From a virus (Duplodnaviria > Caudoviricetes): a stretch of DNA of 24,063 bases. Of the stretch, positions 7,060 to 13,725 are shown piece after piece. The notes beneath the pieces are model-generated. The model was not told the origin of the DNA, ran no database searches, and saw nothing but the letters and a program-made list of their open reading frames with translations. Position numbers and translations under genes: made by a program. The stretch lies in the IMG/VR virus record IMGVR_UViG_3300017589_000256, positions 1 to 24,063 of that record; one strand, written 5' to 3'. Every line of letters starts with the position of its first letter. Position 1 is the first letter of the stretch.

Positions 7060-7088
7060 GTTTTTGCAGTTGACTTCACAAAAATATT

Positions 7089-7292
7089 TTGAAGGCAGAT
7101 GAAACTATGACACAAATGGAGCAGGTAATCATAAACAAATGGTTGGGGGGCAGAAACACCGATAAAATCATTCCATGCGTGATTGATATGCTTAAACTAT
7201 CAAAAACAGCGAACAACACATCAGAGCTGATGGCGGCAAGAATTATTGACAAAACAATAAAATCATACATTGAAAATGAAAAGAGGAAATAA
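7089..7292 (+). CDS. Hypothetical protein (start uncertain; ATG 7107 possible)
   Basis: Fills the operon gap and ends 2 nt before the next ATG; weak RBS. Confidence 0.5.
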   Translation: MKADETMTQMEQVIINKWLGGRNTDKIIPCVIDMLKLSKTANNTSELMAARIIDKTIKSYIENEKRK

Positions 7293-7294
7293 AG

Positions 7295-7639
7295 ATGATT
7301 AACAAAACAATAGAAAAGCTAATAGAGCAAGCAAGAACCGAAGCTGCTGCACAGGCTACCGAGGATATGAAAACAACATTGAGCGGGTTGCAAGAAGAAC
7401 AAGCAAAAATGCTTGAGAAATCTGCCCAAATGGGAAAAGAATTATCCGTCAAAGGGGATGCCGACATTGTAAGGGTTATGCTGATTTTCGATAACCTCCA
7501 AGTCAATCACTCACAAATTATTGAGGGGCTGAAAATCATAGCACTAAAAGACCCACAAAAGGCAAATAAACTTGGGGCAGGAATATCCTCATATTTAAGT
7601 AATAACGCATTACCTGAACTGAAAGCGCTGGAGGTATAA
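7295..7639 (+). CDS. Hypothetical coiled-coil protein, 114 aa
   Basis: RBS AAGAGG; Ala/Glu/Gln/Lys-rich helical N-terminal half. Confidence 0.7.
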   Translation: MINKTIEKLIEQARTEAAAQATEDMKTTLSGLQEEQAKMLEKSAQMGKELSVKGDADIVRVMLIFDNLQVNHSQIIEGLKIIALKDPQKANKLGAGISSYLSNNALPELKALEV

Positions 7640-7641
7640 AG

Positions 7642-7836
7642 ATGGAATTTTCGAATGATAAAAATGTAACTTGTTTCAGTTGCAAGCATAAAGTATTTAA
7701 AATAATAATGAATAAATTTGAAGATGGCAGTCGCTGTATGGGCTATTGCGATAAAAGAAGTAGTATAGATAAAACTTGTTATATCAGCGCAACAACTGTT
7801 TGCGATTTATTTGAAAGGATTGAAACTGATGAATAG
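7642..7836 (+). CDS. Cys-rich hypothetical protein, 64 aa
   Basis: CFSCKH...CMGYC...C...CDLF; RBS GGAGG. Confidence 0.7.
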   Translation: MEFSNDKNVTCFSCKHKVFKIIMNKFEDGSRCMGYCDKRSSIDKTCYISATTVCDLFERIETDE

Positions 7837-8212
7837 TGTTATTAAAAGACTTGAAAGCCAATGCCGAGAGCTTTCCACTTACGGAGCAAATCCAATTTTA
7901 AGACAAGACATTGAGGCACTTATAGCTGAGTGTAAAAAACACAATCAAACTAATTCGGAATCAGAAACAAAAAAGCAAAGAGAAATACAGCCTTGTCCTT
8001 TTTGTGGTGGGAAAGCTAATGTAATAACTTTTAGCCTAACAATAATACAACCCCTTTTTGGTGATCCATTACCTCCTAAAAATAAATATTACATTAAATG
8101 TGAAAAATGCGACACTGTATATGGTGCAGTTGAATTTGAAAAAGAGGAACAAGCGATCACAGCATGGAACACAAGAGGGCAACCACAGCGAATAATCAAG
8201 AGGAGGTTTTAA
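7829..8212 (+). CDS. Lar-family restriction alleviation-like zinc-finger protein with N-terminal extension
   Basis: PCPFCGG...IKCEKC...EQAITAWNTR signature; ATG 7829 overlaps the upstream gene end; RBS GAAAGGA. Confidence 0.8.
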   Translation: MNSVIKRLESQCRELSTYGANPILRQDIEALIAECKKHNQTNSESETKKQREIQPCPFCGGKANVITFSLTIIQPLFGDPLPPKNKYYIKCEKCDTVYGAVEFEKEEQAITAWNTRGQPQRIIKRRF

Positions 8213-8213
8213 G

Positions 8214-8384
8214 ATGGCTTATAGAGAATGCGTTGATTGCGAACATTGCAAGACACTCGAAGATAGCGATGGAGATATAATTCATTTCTGTATGGATGTG
8301 AATGGTGGTAATTATCTTGCGGTAACGGGACTTTGTGGATTTTGTGGAGAGGATGACGAACAGGAGGGAACAGATTATGCCTAA
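8214..8384 (+). CDS. 56-aa acidic Cys-rich protein (not in ORF track)
   Basis: MAYRECVDCEHCKTLEDSDGDIIHFCMDVNGGNYLAVTGLCGFCGEDDEQEGTDYA*; strong RBS AGGAGG; overlaps the VRR-NUC start. Confidence 0.75.
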   Translation: MAYRECVDCEHCKTLEDSDGDIIHFCMDVNGGNYLAVTGLCGFCGEDDEQEGTDYA

Positions 8385-8757
8385 ATATACACCACCATGC
8401 GCAAGCGAGAGCGTTGAACAAATATCATTATTCCGTTGGGCAATCTATTCCTCAAGTACTATGCCGGAGCTTGACCTACTCTTTCACATACCAAATGGGG
8501 GCAAGAGGGATATAACAACAGCAAAAAGGCTAAAAGCCGAGGGAGTGAAAGCAGGTGTCCCTGATATCTGCCTTCCTTGCCCAAAGGGGAAATATCATGG
8601 CTTATACATAGAACTCAAAACAGGTAAAAACAAAACAACAGAAACCCAGGACAAATGGCTTACTGAATTAAGCCGACAAGGCTATAAAACTGCAGTATGC
8701 TATGGCTGGGAAAAAGCAAGTGAAATTATCACAAAATACCTACAAGGAGCTGATTAG
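8377..8757 (+). CDS. VRR-NUC domain nuclease
   Basis: ESVEQ, FHIPNGGKR, GVKAGVPDI, LYIELK and Q..W...L motifs; start at ATG 8377 with RBS GGAGGG. Confidence 0.92.
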   Translation: MPKYTPPCASESVEQISLFRWAIYSSSTMPELDLLFHIPNGGKRDITTAKRLKAEGVKAGVPDICLPCPKGKYHGLYIELKTGKNKTTETQDKWLTELSRQGYKTAVCYGWEKASEIITKYLQGAD

Positions 8758-8967
8758 ATGTTTATAAAAGAGAACTGCCTTGACTGCGTATTTATGCAGA
8801 TAAAAGGCGCTGAAAATAAATGCGTTGTAAAGAAAAGGTCGTTCAAGATTGACAAAGACAATAAAATCAAGACACCAGCCGATTGTATTCACTCGCAAGA
8901 ATTCAATGACGCTTTCAAATTAAGATATAACAAAAGAGATGGAAGGAACATACAATATGAAGTGTGA
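8758..8967 (+). CDS. Hypothetical protein with CxxC...C...C, 69 aa
   Basis: RBS AAGGAG; abuts the VRR-NUC stop. Confidence 0.7.
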   Translation: MFIKENCLDCVFMQIKGAENKCVVKKRSFKIDKDNKIKTPADCIHSQEFNDAFKLRYNKRDGRNIQYEV

Positions 8968-9103
8968 AGAATGCAAATCACCCAAAGGTAAAAAACAAGC
9001 ATGTGGTTCAATCGTCTGCGATGTCTGCTGCGCAATATGTCACTCAATGGATTATTGCGATGCGCTGGACGTAGAACAGGAGGAACCTGAAGAGGAGGAT
9101 TAA
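8957..9103 (+). CDS. 48-aa protein with 8 Cys and acidic tail (not in ORF track)
   Basis: MKCEECKSPKGKKQACGSIVCDVCCAICHSMDYCDALDVEQEEPEEED*; RBS GAAGGA. Confidence 0.65.
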   Translation: MKCEECKSPKGKKQACGSIVCDVCCAICHSMDYCDALDVEQEEPEEED

Positions 9104-9107
9104 GATA

Positions 9108-9245
9108 ATGATTAGATTTCTAATGCAATTAAAACAATGTCAGGACATGTTAACTAGCCAACAGTACAAAACACTAAAAGGGCAAGCATTAGCAGGTGAC
9201 GTCCTCGGCGCACAACAAGGCTTAACAAAACTAATTAACAGATAG
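9108..9245 (+). CDS. 45-aa hypothetical phage protein (not in ORF track)
   Basis: MIRFLMQLKQCQDMLTSQQYKTLKGQALAGDVLGAQQGLTKLINR*; strong RBS GAGGAGG. Confidence 0.75.
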   Translation: MIRFLMQLKQCQDMLTSQQYKTLKGQALAGDVLGAQQGLTKLINR

Positions 9246-9256
9246 GAGCAATAACA

Positions 9257-9649
9257 TTGAAGAAAGAGCAACTTGGACAATATCGAAGTTTAAAAAGGGA
9301 AATCGAAGAGCTTGAAGACAAAATATTATCTTACAAAACACACGATGTTGTAAAATCAAGTGCTCAATTCCCGTACAGTCCCCATTGTGTGACGGTATCC
9401 GGTTATCCAAGCACTAGAGTATTGGATAAACTAAAAGCACAAAAATTAAATTGCAAAGCACAATGCACAAAAATAGAAAACTTTATAAACAATATTGACG
9501 ATAGTTTGACAAGAAGAATTTTTCGTTTGCGTTATCTTGAAGGTAGGCACTATATGAGTTGGCAATGCGTGGCCACTGCACTTGGTGAGGCTGATGAAAG
9601 CTTTCCACGTCAAAAGCATAACAGGTATTTAAAGCAAAACCAAAAGTGA
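9257..9649 (+). CDS. ArpU/RinA-like late transcriptional regulator
   Basis: L.QYRSLKREIEELE N-terminus and sigma-region-4-like C-terminus RRIFRLRYLEG..SWQCVA; last early gene; RBS AGGAG, TTG start. Confidence 0.8.
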   Translation: MKKEQLGQYRSLKREIEELEDKILSYKTHDVVKSSAQFPYSPHCVTVSGYPSTRVLDKLKAQKLNCKAQCTKIENFINNIDDSLTRRIFRLRYLEGRHYMSWQCVATALGEADESFPRQKHNRYLKQNQK

Positions 9650-9650
9650 C

Positions 9651-9735
9651 CGAATTTATCGAATTATCCATGTTACAATAGTATTGTAGAAGGGTATATA
9701 ATTTAGAGCTTGCAAACGCAGGCTCTCTTTTATTT
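9651..9735 (+). promoter_or_regulatory. Putative activator-dependent late promoter followed by a terminator-like hairpin
   Basis: Tandem CGAATT(T)ATC repeats (9651-9668), extended -10 TG-T-TACAAT (9671-9679) overlapped by palindrome TACAATA-G-TATTGTA, then AGAGCTTGC-AAAC-GCAGGCTCT-CTTTTATTT (9705-9735). Confidence 0.5.
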
Positions 9736-9747
9736 AGGAGGAAAAAA

Positions 9748-10482
9748 ATGAATATTAAATTGAACACCATCTACAACACAGACTGCATAGTGGGTATGCA
9801 GCAAATCAAAGACAAAAGCATAGATATGATTCTGTGCGACCTGCCTTATGGCATAACAGACTGTCGTTGGGACAGCATTATTCCATTTGATATGCTTTGG
9901 AAAGAATATGAGCGGGTTATCAAAGACAACGGAGCAATCGTTCTAACATCAAGCCAACCATTCACAACAAACCTCATTAACAGTAACAAAAAGATATTCC
10001 GATATTGTTGGTATTGGCTTAAAAATCAACCAACAGGCTTTCCATTTGCAAAATATCAGCCATTGCGAAATATAGAGGATATATGTGTATTCTACAAACA
10101 AAGAACAACGTACAATCCCCAAGGCTTAATCAGACTAGACAAACCAGTAATAAAGAAACGAAAAGAGCAGGTCGAGGATAACGTATACAAGATGGCTAGC
10201 CTCACAGGGGAATATGTTACAACGTTTAAAAACTATCCAAGGCAAACCCTAGAATTCAAATGCCAACGTGAGGGGCTACACCCAACGCAAAAGCCTGTCA
10301 GTTTGTTTGAATACCTTATCCGCACATACACAAACGAAGGCGACACAGTCCTTGACAATTGCATAGGTAGCGGAACAACAGCCGTTGCCTGCATAAACAC
10401 AAATAGAAACTTCATAGGCTTTGAACTCGACGAGGCACACTGGAAAACAGCAGTGGATAGGGTTGAAAAAAATTCTCCATGA
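9748..10482 (+). CDS. Orphan N4-C/N6-A DNA methyltransferase (beta class)
   Basis: Catalytic CDLPYG precedes HPTQKP and SAM-binding VLDNCIGSGTT; RBS AGGAGG; no adjacent cognate endonuclease. Confidence 0.93.
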   Translation: MNIKLNTIYNTDCIVGMQQIKDKSIDMILCDLPYGITDCRWDSIIPFDMLWKEYERVIKDNGAIVLTSSQPFTTNLINSNKKIFRYCWYWLKNQPTGFPFAKYQPLRNIEDICVFYKQRTTYNPQGLIRLDKPVIKKRKEQVEDNVYKMASLTGEYVTTFKNYPRQTLEFKCQREGLHPTQKPVSLFEYLIRTYTNEGDTVLDNCIGSGTTAVACINTNRNFIGFELDEAHWKTAVDRVEKNSP

Positions 10483-10533
10483 ATGAGGACTTTTAATAAT
10501 CACTAATATATTAATTAATATTTACTATTGCTA

Positions 10534-10590
10534 TTTACAACTTTCTGCTGGCGTGATATAGTATAAATATAAACCTATATATTTATATTT
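10534..10590 (+). promoter_or_regulatory. Sigma-A promoter of the kinase-HIRAN moron with downstream inverted repeat
   Basis: TTTACA (10534-10539)-17 nt-TATAGT (10557-10562) with TGn extension; AAATATAAA-N8-TTTATATTT at 10565-10590. Confidence 0.65.
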
Positions 10591-10600
10591 GGGGAGTATT

Positions 10601-11484
10601 ATGATTGAACTTATAAATTTTGATAATTGGGATATACACAAACAATTTGAGGCTAGCGGATGTAGCGAGAAAGATTGGTTGATTAATCCTGAAGATGGCA
10701 GAATAGGATTGTTTAAATACCCTAAAAAAAATAAGTGCAGTAGTGTCCTTGTAACCTTTGAATATATCTCTGAACATTTAGCATCTAGAATAGCAGAAGA
10801 AATTGGTGTTAGCTGTTGCAAAGTTGATATTGGAACATTTAACGGGCGGATTGGATGTCTGAGCCATTTAGTTCATGACTATACTAAAGATACACTGGTT
10901 GATGGAGTAAGGCTTCTAGAGGTTGATAGACCTAACTATGATTCCAAGAAAATGATTGACAGAGATACCGGTGAGGTGTATTCAATTGACATGATTGTGG
11001 ACAGCTTATTTTCCAATGAAACTAGACAGGAATTTTTAAAAGTTCCTATTTTAGATTTGGAAATAGTGATAGACATCATAACAATTGGGCAATAATTATT
11101 ACTGCGAATCCGACAACTTTTCGTTTCGCACCACTATACGATAATGGTTCATCATTGTGTTGTTTTATAAATGAGGAAGAAATTTATGAATATTTAAGAG
11201 ATAAAAATAGGCTGAGCGCATGCATTGACAGCAAGTCTAGATCCGCAATTGGAATAGGAAATGATCGTAAACCAAGGCACAGTGAAGTCATTCGATACAT
11301 GTTGAGAGAAAATTATATAAATAAAGACCTACAAGATATTGAAATCAGTATACATACTCTATCGGATTCAAAAATAGACGAACTAGTATCAGAGTATGGT
11401 AATTTAATATCTGATGAGAGAAAACAGTTACTTTGCTTATATTTGAAAAGTAAAATGAATATACTTAAAGAAATTCTAAAATAA
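10601..11484 (+). pseudogene. HipA-like (HipH/CtkA-type) Ser/Thr kinase split by a frameshift at ~11057
   Basis: Frame A (from 10601): SGCSEK..LFKYPK..SEHLASRIA..GCLS..VPILD. Frame B from 11059: GNSDRHHNNWAII..FAPLYDNGSSL, continuing into the 11155-11484 ORF. Only 2 nt separate the D and G codons. Confidence 0.85.
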
Positions 11485-11504
11485 TAAAAAAAGGAGAGAA
11501 AACT

Positions 11505-12203
11505 ATGCAAAATGTTATTTTAGTTTATTGGCAAGACCCAGAAAAACGTCAACGACATAAGGTTGGCATCATCACTAGAGAGAATAAAGAGAGCTACACA
11601 TTTTCATATTCAGAAGAGGCTGCTCGTTTAAGAAATGAAGGATTCGAAGAAATTTTTCCTTTTACAGATATGAATTTGGTATATAGAAGCGATAGATTAT
11701 TTAGTGCATTTACTTGCAGATTACCAGAAAAACGAAGACCCGATATCCAAAAAGTTTTAGATAAGTATAACATTCTCGAATATGATGAATTTGATTTATT
11801 AAGAAAAAGTGGTGGCAGATCGCCACTCGACACTTTGGAGTTTATTGAACCAATTGATATTACTCAACGTCCAATTGAAAGAACGTTTTATGTTTCAGGT
11901 GTTAGACATTGTGATTTATGTAATGGAAAAAAATGTGCACTAACCGATATTAAATTGGGCGACCAAATTGATGTGGTTAGAGAGCCTGAAAATAAGTTTG
12001 ATAAAAACGCTGTGGTATTATTATTCGACAATTGTAAGTTGGGGTATGTACCCGCTTTTCACAGTAAAGAGGTAAGTCAGTCTATAGAAAAGCATCTAAA
12101 CATTAATTGTTCTGTTGTTCAAAAAAACTATAGAAAAGCAGAACTGCAATTTACTGATTGCTGTTGTCGGGAGTGTTTGTCGGTCAAGATAATAATTTGG
12201 TAA
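11505..12203 (+). CDS. HipS/HipA-N-like domain fused to HIRAN domain (putative kinase partner/antitoxin)
   Basis: N-terminal half VYWQ..VG..YTFSY..LFSAF..RLP..RPD..GG..D.LEF; C-terminal HIRAN FYVSGVRH..REPENKFDKNAV..KLGYVP; RBS AAGGAG. Confidence 0.88.
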   Translation: MQNVILVYWQDPEKRQRHKVGIITRENKESYTFSYSEEAARLRNEGFEEIFPFTDMNLVYRSDRLFSAFTCRLPEKRRPDIQKVLDKYNILEYDEFDLLRKSGGRSPLDTLEFIEPIDITQRPIERTFYVSGVRHCDLCNGKKCALTDIKLGDQIDVVREPENKFDKNAVVLLFDNCKLGYVPAFHSKEVSQSIEKHLNINCSVVQKNYRKAELQFTDCCCRECLSVKIIIW

Positions 12204-12215
12204 CATTAAAATACT

Positions 12216-12280
12216 TTTGGGTATTAGGATAAATACCCAAAGCATAAAAAACAGTCATCTTAACAGGTGGCTGTTTTCTT
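12216..12280 (+). terminator. Two tandem hairpins closing the kinase-HIRAN moron
   Basis: TTTGGGTATT/AATACCCAAA (12216-12241) and AAAACAGTCATCT/AGGTGGCTGTTTT (12248-12277), the second with A- and T-tracts. Confidence 0.75.
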
Positions 12281-12292
12281 ATGCCATACTTA

Positions 12293-12321
12293 TTGATATT
12301 TGCATTATTTTGTAGTAAAAT
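12293..12321 (+). promoter_or_regulatory. Sigma-A promoter of the membrane-protein moron
   Basis: TTGATA-17 nt-TAAAAT. Confidence 0.7.
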
Positions 12322-12352
12322 GAATTAAAATATGTTTGAGAGGTGTAAAGAT

Positions 12353-12886
12353 ATGAAAGTTAATAAAACGTTTTGTAAAAAACAATTTATAATTTTGTGT
12401 CATAAAATAAGATTGACGATGGTTGTTTCAGGTATGCTATTATCTTTGATACAAGTTCTGGTTGTGATAAACGGTGTTCAAATAAAAAATGAGTACTCAT
12501 GGGTGTCTACTATATTAGTTGGTCTGGGTTTTGCATTATATTCAGATAAAAAATCCTATAAACTCGCATGCGTATTTACAGTTTATCCAATTGTTTTTTT
12601 GTTTTCTTTAACATCAACTTTATATTACTTTATTCACATGCTAGAACAAAAAAGCCTGTCTGTTGTTTTTCATATAATATATAGTATTTTCCTTATTATA
12701 CTAATTCACCTAATAATATTACTATTCAAATTTATATTTAAGGGAATACAGAAGGCATTTGAAAAAATAGGACGTAGCGATGATATCTTCACAAAGGGTG
12801 TAGCGATATCGGTTTCTATTGTTGGATTAATAACGTCTTTTGGGGGTTTAGTACAGTTAATTACGCGTGTACTCTTAAGGAAATAA
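12353..12886 (+). CDS. Multi-pass membrane protein (about 5 TM), moron
   Basis: Several long hydrophobic segments; AT-rich; ATG 12353 with RBS GAGAGG; own promoter and terminator. Confidence 0.8.
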   Translation: MKVNKTFCKKQFIILCHKIRLTMVVSGMLLSLIQVLVVINGVQIKNEYSWVSTILVGLGFALYSDKKSYKLACVFTVYPIVFLFSLTSTLYYFIHMLEQKSLSVVFHIIYSIFLIILIHLIILLFKFIFKGIQKAFEKIGRSDDIFTKGVAISVSIVGLITSFGGLVQLITRVLLRK

Positions 12887-12901
12887 ATATTACCAACCTC
12901 T

Positions 12902-12930
12902 AAACCACCCAACTCGGGTGGTTTTCTTAT
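12902..12930 (+). terminator. Intrinsic terminator
   Basis: AAACCACCC-AACTC-GGGTGGTTT-TCTTAT. Confidence 0.85.
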
Positions 12931-12982
12931 GCTCATTTTCACACTAACACCAACCAAAACATAAGGAGGTTTTAACCCATAA

Positions 12983-13288
12983 ATGACACAACAATACCTT
13001 TCAAATTGGTTCAAATCTTTAATAAAAACGAATAATTTGCACGCATTTTATACTTGCCCACAGTGGCTAAGGTTAAGAAGTGAGGTGCTGAAAGAGCAGA
13101 ACAACGAGTGCCAAGTTTGCAAAGCTAACAAGCAGTATAGCCAAGCTGATATAGTTCATCATATCAAGTATGTTAGACATCGACCGGAGCTTGCACTAAC
13201 CAAGGACAACCTTATGTGCGTATGCAGTGCTTGCCATAATGAGATACATAAAGCAAAGCACGAATATATAAACAATGAACGCTGGTAA
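12983..13288 (+). CDS. HNH endonuclease (terminase-associated, HK97 gp74-like)
   Basis: W.RLR..VL....ECQVC...VHHI......NLMCVCSACHNEIH; directly upstream of terS; RBS AAGGAGG. Confidence 0.92.
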   Translation: MTQQYLSNWFKSLIKTNNLHAFYTCPQWLRLRSEVLKEQNNECQVCKANKQYSQADIVHHIKYVRHRPELALTKDNLMCVCSACHNEIHKAKHEYINNERW

Positions 13289-13295
13289 AATAAGA

Positions 13296-13380
13296 TACCC
13301 CCGGTCAAAAAAATCGGCTTTTCTTGGTTTACTCCTGACCGAAGGGGTAAACGACAAAACCGATGCCTCGCACACGTGAG
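13296..13380. other. Putative cos / packaging initiation region
   Basis: GC-rich non-coding gap between HNH and terS with imperfect inverted repeat TACCCCCGGTCA (13296-13307) / TGACCGAAGGGGTA (13336-13349). Confidence 0.55.
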
Positions 13381-13419
13381 AAAAAATTTAAAGCGAAAAG
13401 AATAGTGAGGTGATTTTTA

Positions 13420-13725
13420 ATGACATCTAAACAAATTAAAGAATCATTACTTTTGCAACTTAAAATTAAAGGTGCAGATATTGAACTTTTTAGAAGCTTG
13501 GTGGACGATTATATTTTTTACTGGCAAAAGGAACGTGACTTGCAAAAAGACGTCAAGAAAACAGGACTTCGTTTTTTGACTTGGTCTGCAAGTGGACATG
13601 AAATCGAAAAAGAAAACCCATCTGTAAAGGCTGCTGTTATGTATAATAAGCAAAAACTTGCTATATTGAAAGAACTGAATTTAACAACTGGAAATTGTAC
13701 GAATGGTGAGGAAGATGAACTCTAA
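13420..13725 (+). CDS. terS: Terminase small subunit (P27-like)
   Basis: LVDDYI..W...KENPSV......KQ.LAILKELNL; position before terL. Confidence 0.85.
   Translation: MTSKQIKESLLLQLKIKGADIELFRSLVDDYIFYWQKERDLQKDVKKTGLRFLTWSASGHEIEKENPSVKAAVMYNKQKLAILKELNLTTGNCTNGEEDEL

Noticed and set aside
2585-10482. HsdR_N-like nuclease and methyltransferase as one restriction-modification system
   Set aside because: They are 6 kb apart in opposite transcription units with no specificity subunit; both types commonly occur alone in prophages.
11155-11484. Independent 109-aa gene
   Set aside because: No RBS; it is the in-frame continuation of the kinase catalytic motifs that start at 11059.
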